A stretch of 64,000 nucleotides of DNA from Spirochaetota bacterium (lineage in GTDB: Bacteria; Spirochaetota; UBA4802; UBA5550): assembly GCA_963663865.1 (NCBI GenBank), contig OY760686.1, positions 1,312,001 through 1,376,000 of the forward strand, read 5' to 3'. Under the pieces are notes generated by a model. The model was not told the origin of the DNA, ran no database searches, and saw nothing but the letters and a program-made list of their open reading frames with translations. Below, piece after piece: positions 37,947 through 47,427 of the stretch (position 1 is the stretch's first letter; each line of letters opens with the position of its first letter). Position numbers and translations under genes: made by a program.

Positions 37947-38072
37947 GTATATCAGGCTGGTTTCCCTGTGGTGTTATATTCCATAGGGTACGAAGCACGG
38001 GAATTCAAAGAGGATGACAATCCCTCCCTGATTCTGCCTTCCGGGACAAAGCGAAGCCTGATTGCAATATAC
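37947..38072 (+). ncRNA. candidate structured cis-regulatory RNA (ribosomal protein leader-like) upstream of rplT
   Basis: closing stem ATCAGGCT/AGCCTGAT; inner hairpins CCCTGTGG/CCATAGGG and GAGGAT/ATCC(C)TC. Confidence 0.5.
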
Positions 38073-38089
38073 GAACAAAGAGGAAAGAG

Positions 38090-38434
38090 ATGCCAAGAGC
38101 AACAACAGGACTTGTTCACCGAAAGAGAAGCCGTAAAATCTTAAAGGATGTTAAAGGATTTATCGGCTCAAGAAGCAAGCTGTACAGAACAGCAAAGGAC
38201 GCGAGAAGAAGAGCTCTACAGAATTCCTACAAGGACAGAAGAAGAAAAAAACGCGATATGCGTTCTCTCTGGATTGTCAGGATAGGAGCTGCTTCACGGA
38301 TGTTCGGTCTTTCTTACAGCAGGTTTATTTCAGGACTCAAAAAAAATGAGATCGTGATAAACAGAAAAATGCTTTCTGAACTCGCTGTAAGCGATATAGA
38401 AACCTTTGGAAAGCTTGTTGAAAAGGTAAAATAA
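38090..38434 (+). CDS. rplT: 50S ribosomal protein L20
   Basis: MPRA, DRRRKKRDMRSLWIVRI.AA, SYSRFI.GL, INRKMLSELA. Confidence 0.97.
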   Translation: MPRATTGLVHRKRSRKILKDVKGFIGSRSKLYRTAKDARRRALQNSYKDRRRKKRDMRSLWIVRIGAASRMFGLSYSRFISGLKKNEIVINRKMLSELAVSDIETFGKLVEKVK

Positions 38435-38446
38435 TCGGTTGAAACC

Positions 38447-39343
38447 GTGAAGCTATCCTTTAAAAGAACAATAGGCGCCCTGATCGGGGCGCTTTTTCTT
38501 TTAGTTTCTGTTCCTTCGAGAGGGTTTAACTTTATTCAAACCGCTGCGCCACTTCCTGAGGGTAAGCTGCAGCTCTCCCAAACAGCCGGCTACCGCTATC
38601 TCGGAGATGGACATGCAATGAATTACGGAACGGATGCCGGACTGGGAATCACCGATTCGCTTTTCTTCAGGGCCGGTTTCGAATCTATGGCAGCCGCTGA
38701 TGTTAAACATTCATCTGGAATAAACGATGTGGACGTGAATGTAGGCTATTCGCCGGGGTATATTTTTGGTGACTCAATCATCCTGGCCTTCGGTATTAAT
38801 CTAAGATTTAGTCGGGCCGGCCGTGACGATGCACTGGATGATTTGAGGTATGCGGATAATGCTGATGTTCTGCTGCCTTACGCGGCCCTTTCTTTTCCGT
38901 TCTCGGAAAGGCTGATGATCCATGTCAATGCCGGATATGCTTTCAGAGAAGAGGAAGAAGAGAGCCTCTACAGGGGGTTTAATCTCAGGATAAATGACAA
39001 AGAAGCATACAAACAATTATTTGGCCTCAATCCGTTTTCTGACGGAGCTTTTATGGAGTTGTCAAACTTCAAAAATGATTATATAATAATCGGTGTTGGA
39101 GTAAACTCCGGACATATTTATCCAGTAGTGCCTTATGCGGAGTTTTTGAGCCTTATCCGCTTTACCGGGAAAGGGCTTGCTGACGGAGAGTCAGGCCATC
39201 TGTTCCAGGGAAGGCTGGCTTTCGGGTTCAGGTATTTTTTATCAGACAACGCTTTTGCAGGGATCAGCGCTCTGGCAGTTTTTTACGGTTTTTTTGGGGA
39301 GGATGAGGCGGCAGTTATATCCGAGTTCTCGGTTCGTTTCTAG
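38447..39343 (+). CDS. hypothetical outer-membrane protein
   Basis: GTG start; signal peptide; beta-strand pattern; C-terminal Phe (EFSVRF). Confidence 0.6.
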   Translation: MKLSFKRTIGALIGALFLLVSVPSRGFNFIQTAAPLPEGKLQLSQTAGYRYLGDGHAMNYGTDAGLGITDSLFFRAGFESMAAADVKHSSGINDVDVNVGYSPGYIFGDSIILAFGINLRFSRAGRDDALDDLRYADNADVLLPYAALSFPFSERLMIHVNAGYAFREEEEESLYRGFNLRINDKEAYKQLFGLNPFSDGAFMELSNFKNDYIIIGVGVNSGHIYPVVPYAEFLSLIRFTGKGLADGESGHLFQGRLAFGFRYFLSDNAFAGISALAVFYGFFGEDEAAVISEFSVRF

Positions 39344-39413
39344 ACGTACAGGGAAACTTAACAGCGCCGTAATCCAAAATTACAATATTCAACCTGAGCG
39401 CTCTAATATATTC

Positions 39414-39441
39414 TTGACTATGATTGGACTCTGTGTATACT
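39414..39441 (+). promoter_or_regulatory. sigma70-type promoter upstream of zapB-like gene
   Basis: TTGACT-N16-TATACT. Confidence 0.5.
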
Positions 39442-39567
39442 GTATGCGGGTTATTCCCGGGAGAAGAGGATTTTGCTAAAAGCTGACCCTTTTTATTCCG
39501 AAACTGAACTATAGGTCTAATCCTGCAAAACAAATCGTTCAAATGAAACTGTGACGGAGGAGCAACA

Positions 39568-40227
39568 ATGATAACAATGCAGCAGCTTGAGGAACTCGAA
39601 AGCAGGGTTGTGAGGGCTCTCCAGCTTATCGGCGATTTAAGGTCTGAAAACGCGAAGCTTGAAAGTGACAATGAGACGCTTAAAGGGGAGGTCGAAGAGG
39701 TCAGGTTAACCCTTGAGGAGAAGGAACAGGAAATTGCCAGGATTAAGAAGGAGCTTGATGATGCAACAAGCGAGCTCAATGAGATAAAATCAAAGGAAGA
39801 AGTCCTGGAAAAGAAAATTATCCAGCTTTTAGGAAAACTCGACGGAATTCAGGGAGCTGACGGTGGACCTTCAGCCTCGTTCGTAAGCACTTCCGCAACA
39901 GCAGCAGCTGCTCCTCAGGATGCGATCCCGTCAGCTTCAGCAGAAATTGAGGCTGAGGACGAGGAACCCGCTTCGATAGAAGACGACGATGATATAATAA
40001 TAATCGATGATGAAGATGATATCACAGATGACGGGATTGTTATGGAAGATATCACAGATGACGGTTCTTCTGATGATGATATCATACTTCTTGACGACGA
40101 TGATGATGAGGTTGTTATTGGCGGAGATGATGAGATTGTGGATGACACGTCTGCCTCTCAGGAAGAAAATGATGAGACTTTTGACGATGACGACTTTATA
40201 ATTATTGAAGATGATGAAAGCAAGTAG
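39568..40227 (+). CDS. ZapB-like coiled-coil cell division protein with long acidic tail
   Basis: LEELESRV.RAL.LI.DLR.EN coiled coil; immediately upstream of zapA; Asp-rich C-terminal half. Confidence 0.75.
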   Translation: MITMQQLEELESRVVRALQLIGDLRSENAKLESDNETLKGEVEEVRLTLEEKEQEIARIKKELDDATSELNEIKSKEEVLEKKIIQLLGKLDGIQGADGGPSASFVSTSATAAAAPQDAIPSASAEIEAEDEEPASIEDDDDIIIIDDEDDITDDGIVMEDITDDGSSDDDIILLDDDDDEVVIGGDDEIVDDTSASQEENDETFDDDDFIIIEDDESK

Positions 40228-40258
40228 GCTGGAATCGCCGGAGTAAGAGGTTTCAGTT

Positions 40259-40582
40259 TTGGAAAACAACACGAAAGTAAAAGTGTCGATATTCGGCCAG
40301 ACTTACACTGTAAGCGGTGATGCCGGATCCGAGTATATTCAGAAACTTGCGGAGTTTGTAGATTCCCGAATGGAGGAAATGAGCGTCAATGTCGCCAGCC
40401 GCAATCCGTCACAGGTGGCTATACTCGCAGCGCTGAATATTGCGGACGAGTTTTTTCAGCTGAAGAGGATTAAGCTCGGGTCGGACAGGGAAATGGAGGA
40501 AAAAACCAGGGCCCTCATCTCGATGCTTGACGAGGGACTCATAGGCGACAGCTTCTCGAGAATTGACGGCATTTCAGAATAG
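40259..40582 (+). CDS. zapA: cell division protein ZapA
   Basis: V.V.IFGQ.Y, YI.KLA.FVD.RM, AILAALNIADE; TTG start after GAGG. Confidence 0.92.
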   Translation: MENNTKVKVSIFGQTYTVSGDAGSEYIQKLAEFVDSRMEEMSVNVASRNPSQVAILAALNIADEFFQLKRIKLGSDREMEEKTRALISMLDEGLIGDSFSRIDGISE

Positions 40583-40590
40583 AAAGTATT

Positions 40591-40768
40591 CACCAGGTGT
40601 ACTTCCTGCCTATTCCTCCCCGGGATGTCAGATTTTGGAATTCTGTGTTTGGTGGCACATTCAAGTCAGCATGGGACGGGAAGCCTGGCTGATATTTACC
40701 GGCCGGGGCGTTCGGATATGATATGATTTAGCAGGACGGTACTACAGGTAGAGACAGGCGGCCTGGAT
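40591..40768 (+). ncRNA. ssrS: probable 6S RNA
   Basis: canonical position after zapA; ~180 nt rod: CCAGG/CCTGG, GTACTTCCTGC/GCAGGACGGTAC, central bubble, CCCCGG/CCGGGG, GATGTCAG/CTGATATT, TTCTGTGTT/AGCATGGGA. Confidence 0.7.
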
Positions 40769-40791
40769 TACAAATACTGGCGGAGAGAGAT

Positions 40792-41331
40792 ATGAACTTA
40801 GCAGAATTAATTAAAACAAAAGGCGTAGTTGACAGCGCTCTTGAAGAGGCGGAGAATAACGGTACTGTGACTTCAGGCAGCGTTATTCAACTTGTCAGCT
40901 TTCTTCTTGATGATGTAGAATACGGCGTGAATATTCTGTCCGTTCACGAGATACTAAGATATCCTATTATTACGCGACTTCCGAATACGCCTGAATTTAT
41001 AAAGGGTGTAATCAATCTTCGCGGAAATGTCCTTCCTGTCGTCGATGTGAGGCTCAGGTTTGGTTACGAGCCGGGGAGCATTACAGACCTCACAAGAATA
41101 ATAGTCACTGAAATCGCGGGAAAACAGGTAGGTCTTCTCGTGGACAATGTTCATCAGGTTGTCAGAATACCTTCTTCCCAGATTGATCCACCGTCTGATT
41201 TGCTTGAGGGTGTTTCTGAGGTCTTTATCAAAGGAATTGGAAGAATGAAAGACAGGCTTATCATCATAATTAACATGACAAGAGTGATATTTGAAGAAGA
41301 TGAAGAGGAGGATGCGGAAATATCCGCATAA
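40792..41331 (+). CDS. cheW: chemotaxis coupling protein CheW
   Basis: QLVSF.L..EYGV.I..V.EI, LPN.P.FI.GVINLRG.V.PVVD.R, GLLVD.V. Confidence 0.95.
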   Translation: MNLAELIKTKGVVDSALEEAENNGTVTSGSVIQLVSFLLDDVEYGVNILSVHEILRYPIITRLPNTPEFIKGVINLRGNVLPVVDVRLRFGYEPGSITDLTRIIVTEIAGKQVGLLVDNVHQVVRIPSSQIDPPSDLLEGVSEVFIKGIGRMKDRLIIIINMTRVIFEEDEEEDAEISA

Positions 41332-41395
41332 CTCATATATCAGTGCAACTTCCGGAGGCTTTTTCCGGAAGTAATAACAAACCGGAGTATATCCT

Positions 41396-44300
41396 ATGAC
41401 ATTTTCACTGGGCGAATATCAGGACATTTTTCTTGAAGAGGCTGATGAACAGCTTCAGGAGCTCAATCAAAACCTTCTTGAGCTGGAAAGAAATCCTGAG
41501 GACAGCGAAATCATAAATAATATTTTCAGGGCTGCCCATTCATTGAAGAGTTCCGCGGCGTTTGTGGGTTTGAACGATCTCAGCGACCTGGCTCACAAAA
41601 TGGAGAATCTGCTTCAGGGTATTCGCGATCACACGATGAAAATTACTCCGGTGATAGTAGATGTTATATTCAAATGCTTTGATAAAATCAGAATTGTAAT
41701 AGATACTGTCGCAGGAGGCGAAGCACCTAAAGAGGATTTGAGCGGAATTATAGCCGAGATAAAAGCTGTTAGCGAGGGAGCTCCACCGCCCGATTCCGCG
41801 GCTGGCAGCGGTGAAGGCGAAGAAACAGAGGAAGTAGAAGAACTCGTTCCCAAGACAGTTTTGACCTCCGATGATTTTAAGTCAATTAAGAGCGGGTTAG
41901 ACGCGGGCAGTAACTGCTATGAGGTTACTGTGACGATTGACCGTGCAGCTCAGATGAAATGGGTCAAAGCCCAGCTGATTATAAGCAATATTGATCGAAA
42001 CGGAAGCCTCATTAAGACAATTCCTTCCATTGAAGATATGATCAGTTCTGAATTGCAGAATGTCTTCAAATTTATCTGTCTGCTCGATCAGGACTATTCA
42101 CCAATAGTACATGCCTGCAATGTAGATCAGGTTGAAAAGGCAGTCATCAAGCAGGTAACAATAGAAAATGTAAACGGTAAGGCCGGGATAAGATTTAATC
42201 AGCTTGAAACAGTCGATTTTACTGAAGCTGTGTCGTCAAAGCCGGTTGTATCTGAAGGGAATGTACCGGAACCTGTACGAGTAAGAGATGACGATGTTTC
42301 TGAGCCTGAAACAATCGAAGATGGCAGCGACGAAGCAGAGGAAGCGGATTCCGTAAAGGTTGAAGAGGCAGTTGAGAGTGTAGAGACAGAAAGAAAGAGG
42401 GCTCCTGTACTCAAGACAGTTAAGGTGTCTATTGACAAGCTTGATCAGCTCCTGAACAATGTTGGAGAGCTGGTAATAGCCAATTCCGGCTTCTACAGGC
42501 TTTTTGAGGACATAAGGAAGTTAAGCGAAGGGAAAGCTCTTGTTAACGAGTTTAAAAACCGGATGGAGCAAATGTCAAGGATTGCCAAAGATCTTCAGAC
42601 CGGCATAATGAAGACCAGGATGGTTCCCATCGGACAGGTATTCTCCAGGTTTAACAGGCTTGTCCGTGATTTGGCGAGAGACTACGATAAGAAGATAGAG
42701 CTGGTTATCAAGGGTGAAGAGACCGAGCTTGATAAAAAGGTCATTGACGCCATTGGCGAACCGCTGATGCACCTTATCAGAAACGCAATAGATCACGGAA
42801 TAGAAAGGGCCGAGCAGAGAAAAAAGGCCGGGAAACCGGATGTTGCGAGCATTATTCTAAACGCCCATCAGGGGGGCAATCAGATATATGTCGAAGTAAG
42901 CGATGACGGTAAGGGGTTGGATGCCGAAGTTATAAGAAAGAAGGTCATCGAAAAAGACCTCGCCACTGTTGAAATATTGGCGAATATGGATGACACAGAC
43001 ATATATAATTTTATTTTTGCTCCCGGTTTTTCAACCGCTGAAAAAGTTACAGATATTTCAGGGCGCGGAGTAGGGATGAATGTGGTTCGTGAAATAGTTA
43101 ACGAACTGAATGGAAACGTGATGATCGAAACAGAAAAGGGGATGGGGACGAGGTTTGTTATGGCGTTCCCGCTTACACTCGCTATTATTCCAGCTATTAT
43201 GACGAGGATGGGCGGCGATATGTACGCAGTTCCTTTATCAGACGTTAACGAAACGATAAAGATATCTCAGTCAGATATAACTACAATTGAAGGGCATGAG
43301 GTAATAAATCTGAGAGGTGAGATTCTGTCGCTTCTTAGATTGAGCAGATTTGTCCGGGTGAAAAGCCGCCTGAAAAAGGGTGAAAAAATACCAGTTGTTG
43401 TTGTTCAATATGGAAACAGAAAGATCGGACTTATGGTCGACGATCTTGAAGGGAAGATGGAGATTGTAATCAAGTCACTCGAGCAGAACTACAAGACTGT
43501 AGAGGGACTTGCCGGAGCTTCGATACTTGGAGATGGAAGTATTTGCCTTATTCTTGATGTCGCAACTATGATAAACAAGACAATATCTGAACAGGAAAAA
43601 CTGGGACGAATCGACATTGAATCGCTCCAGGAAGGCGAAGTGGAGGTCGAGGAAGTGAGTGAACTTCCGGACCTTTCGGCTGTATCCAGATCGGAAGGAC
43701 TTGCTGAAGAAGAGGATGAGGATTCAGAATTCCTCGCCAGCAGGCAGTTTAACAAGGAAGTTGAAGTTCCTATTCAGAAGTCCATTCTTTTCAATGAGCC
43801 GTCCAGTCGGGAAATAGCCGGAGAACAGCCGGCGAAAATTGACGTTCGGGCTGGGGAAGAGCATAAAGCTGATGCCAAAGCTGACGACCAGGAAAGTCAC
43901 GAGATCGTATCTGAAGCCGGGGAAACTGCTGAAGATGACAACCGTGATTTCCAGGGAGAGACTGCGGATGAGACTTATCAGGAAGAAGGTGAAGGTTCAG
44001 TGGAAGCTGAAACCCAAACAGAGGAGAAGGGAGTTGAGGAAGAGCAGTCTCCAATAAAAAAAGAACTTACTGAAGAAGAGATAGAACAAAAAGTCCACAA
44101 CGCGCTTGAAGATTTCAAGAAAGAGTTGAAGGAAAATGTCAACTCGGCGATTAGAATTGAGAAACCGGATGATATAATTGCAAGAGAAATGGATTTGCCG
44201 GCAGATGCTGTCAGAGAGTTCCAGCTTATCGCCAATGTCGGAGCTGCGAATGCCGCAGAGTCGCTTTCAAAGATTCTCGGAATCAGAATTGATCTTTCCA

Positions 44301-44797
44301 TTCCGGAAGTAGATCTTTGCGCTACAGAATCAATTCCTGAGAAAATCGGCGATGTCAGTATTCCCTATTACGGAATAATGATGCCGATACAGGGCGATGC
44401 TTCCGGAACAATGATATTGATTCTGGGAGAGGAGGTTGCTTTTGAGCTCCTTGCCCTTCTTCTTGGATCCTACGACAATAAGAACACTGAACTGACGGAA
44501 GACGGCCAGTCCGCGCTCAAAGAGGTAACGAATATCATCGGGGCCTCTGTCCTCAATGTGTTTTCAGAAAAAACAAGGCTTGCAATAAAGCCTGATGTGC
44601 CTCTAATAGTTCATGATTTCATGCAGTCTGTCATGGACTCAATTCTCGCTACTCATAACATGATGAGTGACTATGCTATTGTTATGGATACAGCCTTTTA
44701 TTTTGAGAATGATAAAATAATTGGAAATCTCCTGCTGCTTCCTGACACAGATTCAATGAAGGTGATTGTAGAGAGGCTGAGGACTGCGAATGTCTGA
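41396..44797 (+). CDS. cheA: chemotaxis kinase CheA with acidic linker and C-terminal CheC-like domain
   Basis: P1 IFRAAHSLK, KLD.L.N.VGELVI, HLIRNAIDHGIE, DDGKG, GFSTA..VTDISGRGVGM, P5 AGASILGDG; tail ANVGAANAA.SLS and ALKEVTNI. Confidence 0.95.
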   Translation: MTFSLGEYQDIFLEEADEQLQELNQNLLELERNPEDSEIINNIFRAAHSLKSSAAFVGLNDLSDLAHKMENLLQGIRDHTMKITPVIVDVIFKCFDKIRIVIDTVAGGEAPKEDLSGIIAEIKAVSEGAPPPDSAAGSGEGEETEEVEELVPKTVLTSDDFKSIKSGLDAGSNCYEVTVTIDRAAQMKWVKAQLIISNIDRNGSLIKTIPSIEDMISSELQNVFKFICLLDQDYSPIVHACNVDQVEKAVIKQVTIENVNGKAGIRFNQLETVDFTEAVSSKPVVSEGNVPEPVRVRDDDVSEPETIEDGSDEAEEADSVKVEEAVESVETERKRAPVLKTVKVSIDKLDQLLNNVGELVIANSGFYRLFEDIRKLSEGKALVNEFKNRMEQMSRIAKDLQTGIMKTRMVPIGQVFSRFNRLVRDLARDYDKKIELVIKGEETELDKKVIDAIGEPLMHLIRNAIDHGIERAEQRKKAGKPDVASIILNAHQGGNQIYVEVSDDGKGLDAEVIRKKVIEKDLATVEILANMDDTDIYNFIFAPGFSTAEKVTDISGRGVGMNVVREIVNELNGNVMIETEKGMGTRFVMAFPLTLAIIPAIMTRMGGDMYAVPLSDVNETIKISQSDITTIEGHEVINLRGEILSLLRLSRFVRVKSRLKKGEKIPVVVVQYGNRKIGLMVDDLEGKMEIVIKSLEQNYKTVEGLAGASILGDGSICLILDVATMINKTISEQEKLGRIDIESLQEGEVEVEEVSELPDLSAVSRSEGLAEEEDEDSEFLASRQFNKEVEVPIQKSILFNEPSSREIAGEQPAKIDVRAGEEHKADAKADDQESHEIVSEAGETAEDDNRDFQGETADETYQEEGEGSVEAETQTEEKGVEEEQSPIKKELTEEEIEQKVHNALEDFKKELKENVNSAIRIEKPDDIIAREMDLPADAVREFQLIANVGAANAAESLSKILGIRIDLSIPEVDLCATESIPEKIGDVSIPYYGIMMPIQGDASGTMILILGEEVAFELLALLLGSYDNKNTELTEDGQSALKEVTNIIGASVLNVFSEKTRLAIKPDVPLIVHDFMQSVMDSILATHNMMSDYAIVMDTAFYFENDKIIGNLLLLPDTDSMKVIVERLRTANV

Positions 44798-45863
44798 AAA
44801 GATAAAAGTTCTTGTTGTGGACGATTCTTCACTGGTTAGAAAGATTATCGGTGATATTCTTGAGTCTGATCCCGATATTACAGTAGTAGGTACCGCTAAT
44901 AATGGACGGACAGCTGTATTTAAAAGCAAAGAGCTCAATCCAGATGTCATAACAATGGATATCGAGATGCCGATTATGGACGGCCTCGCAGCCTTAAAGG
45001 AGATTATAGCTTCAAATCCCAAGCCGGTGATTATGCTGAGCGTTTTGACGCATCACGGAGCGGATGCGACGTTTAAGGCTCTTGAACTTGGAGCGGTTGA
45101 TTTTGTACCAAAACCGTCTTCGCTGCTTTCGCTTTCTGTTGATGAGATTGGCGAACTGCTGAAACTTAAAGTAAAATCAGTATATAAATCAAAAATATCA
45201 GCTGCTTCAGATCCGGGATACGCAGGTCTCGTTTCAAATATATTGAGCGAGAAGCAGGCTGAGGGTGAGCTCTGGAGGTTCAGGAAAAATGATGTCAGCA
45301 AGAAGCTTGTCGCTATCGGGACATCAACAGGCGGTCCGTCAGCGCTCCTGCAAATTTTCAGGACCTTTCCAGAAAACTTCCCCGCCCCTGTTGTAGTTGT
45401 GCAGCATATGCCTGAGGGTTTTACAAAGGCATTTTCTGAGAGACTTAACCTGAGTTCAACTTTAAACGTTAAGGAGGCTGAAGACGGGGATAGGGTATTG
45501 CCGGGATGTGGCTATATTGCTCCGGGACATTCGCATATGCTGGTTGAAAAACGAAGTGAAGGCTCCTTTTTGAGGGTTGTAAAAGGAGAAAAAGTATCAG
45601 GTCACAGGCCGTCAATTGATGTGCTGTTTCATTCTGTAGCTGAATGCTATTCATCCAATACGGTAGCGGTAATAATGACCGGTATGGGGCGCGACGGGGC
45701 TGACGGCATGTCTCATATAAACAGCACTGGAGGTTTCACTCTAGCTCAGGATGAAGCAACATCCGTGGTCTATGGAATGAACAGGGTTGCTGTTGAAAGC
45801 GGAGCTGTCAAAGAAATCATCCCACTCCATGAGATTACTAAAAAAATTGTTGAACATATCTGA
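44790..45863 (+). CDS. cheB: chemotaxis methylesterase CheB
   Basis: REC domain; GTSTGGP, VQHMP, RPSIDVLF, MTGMGRDGA. Confidence 0.97.
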   Translation: MSEKIKVLVVDDSSLVRKIIGDILESDPDITVVGTANNGRTAVFKSKELNPDVITMDIEMPIMDGLAALKEIIASNPKPVIMLSVLTHHGADATFKALELGAVDFVPKPSSLLSLSVDEIGELLKLKVKSVYKSKISAASDPGYAGLVSNILSEKQAEGELWRFRKNDVSKKLVAIGTSTGGPSALLQIFRTFPENFPAPVVVVQHMPEGFTKAFSERLNLSSTLNVKEAEDGDRVLPGCGYIAPGHSHMLVEKRSEGSFLRVVKGEKVSGHRPSIDVLFHSVAECYSSNTVAVIMTGMGRDGADGMSHINSTGGFTLAQDEATSVVYGMNRVAVESGAVKEIIPLHEITKKIVEHI

Positions 45864-46097
45864 GGGTATGATATACTGTATAGCTGTACTGAATAATCAG
45901 GGTAAGCGCTGTATTAGGGTGTAATCTACGGTAGTGGGGAAGTCGGTATATCAGTATTAAATATTTATCTTGACTGACTAATAAAGAATTGATTTATATT
46001 ACTATAGGCGTTTAGGTGACAAGGGGTATGCACCAGAAAGAGTGATTGTTTTATGTCGCTCATAGTTGGGTATTATTAATCTATCTGGAGATTAAAC

Positions 46098-46457
46098 ATG
46101 GCTAAAGTTTTAATAGTGGATGACGCGAAATTCATGAGGACTCTTGTTAAAGATGCCCTGGTGCCTGCCGGACATGAAATAATCGCTGAAGCAGAGAACG
46201 GTAATGAGGCAGTGGCTCTTTATAAAAAACTTAAGCCAGACCTTACTACTATGGATATAACAATGAGGGAAAAGGACGGCATTGAAGCGGCTGAAGAGAT
46301 ACTTGCCTTTGACCCCAACGCGCGAATTATCATGGTTACCGCTCTTGGGCAGGAAAATCTCCTAACCAAGGCAATCAGGCTTGGCGTTAAGGATTTTGTT
46401 GTTAAGCCCTTCCCGCCTGAGCGGTTGCAGAAGGCAGCTGAAAAGGCTCTATCCTGA
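46098..46457 (+). CDS. cheY: chemotaxis response regulator CheY
   Basis: single REC domain IVDDA.FMR, MDITM, VTALGQ, FVVKPF; follows cheB. Confidence 0.9.
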   Translation: MAKVLIVDDAKFMRTLVKDALVPAGHEIIAEAENGNEAVALYKKLKPDLTTMDITMREKDGIEAAEEILAFDPNARIIMVTALGQENLLTKAIRLGVKDFVVKPFPPERLQKAAEKALS

Positions 46458-46461
46458 ACGG

Positions 46462-46492
46462 GCGGGCCTGAGTTTTCAGGTTCGCATTTTTT
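46462..46492 (+). terminator. intrinsic terminator after cheY
   Basis: GCGGGCCTGA-GTTT-TCAGGTTCGC followed by A + T-tract. Confidence 0.75.
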
Positions 46493-46605
46493 GTCCTTTT
46501 GTGTACGGGATCAGTGTGTGATCCATTCTCTTAATCCCACTGAGAAAAGAGCAGTCTTTATTCGCTTGTTCCTATCTAACCTTCTAATATTTATGAAGTG
46601 ACTAA

Positions 46606-47394
46606 ATGGAAATACTGGAAAATGGAAATGAGCTTCCTGCCGAGAAGGCTGAGAAGTATGTGCTGCATGTAGAGAACTATGAAGGTCCTCTTGATGTCCT
46701 ATGGGATATGATAAAACGTTCAAAAATTGATATTACGGAAATATCCCTTTCCGATATTACTGAACAGTATATCGCCTATTTGAGGTTAATGGAGAGGATG
46801 AATGTCCGGATAGCTTCAGAGTTCATCTGGATGGCCTCAGAGCTTTTATACTATAAGAGCAAAGCCCTTCTTCCTTCAGGGGATATTGAGGATGAACTCT
46901 TTGTGCCCCCGTTGCCTCCGGAGTTAATACAGAAGCTGCTGGAGTACAAGAAATATCAGCAATCAACTGAATTGTTCCGCGAGATGTATGATTCTCAGGC
47001 TGACGTCTATGTAAGGGAAAATGCTAATGTAGAAATAGAAGGAACAGAAGAATATCTTGACGTCTCATTATTCGACCTTCTAAAAGCGTTTGCGAGAGTT
47101 CTTGAGTCCCAGAGTACTGTTGAGAAAGAGGAAATTGTATTTGACGAAATACTTGTCAGCTCAAGGATAGAGTACATTCTTGATATACTGAAGGACAGGG
47201 AGTATGTCATTTTTGTTGAAATATTTTCTGAAAGACCGACCAGAGCGGAGGTTGTAGCTACATTCCTCGCTATTCTTGAGATGGCAAAGACAAAAGCGGT
47301 TAAGCTGCTGCAACACAGGGTTTTCGGTGAAATTAGAATCATGAGAAATTTTTCTGCTGATCAGATTAACTCAGGTCAGACTTCGTGGCAGTAA
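46606..47394 (+). CDS. scpA: segregation and condensation protein A
   Basis: YEGPLD.L, IDI.EIS..IT.QY, ASEFI.MA.EL..KSK.LLP, VATFLAILE. Confidence 0.95.
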   Translation: MEILENGNELPAEKAEKYVLHVENYEGPLDVLWDMIKRSKIDITEISLSDITEQYIAYLRLMERMNVRIASEFIWMASELLYYKSKALLPSGDIEDELFVPPLPPELIQKLLEYKKYQQSTELFREMYDSQADVYVRENANVEIEGTEEYLDVSLFDLLKAFARVLESQSTVEKEEIVFDEILVSSRIEYILDILKDREYVIFVEIFSERPTRAEVVATFLAILEMAKTKAVKLLQHRVFGEIRIMRNFSADQINSGQTSWQ

Positions 47395-47427
47395 AACGGG
47401 CTTATCAGATCCTTTAAGACGGCAGTA

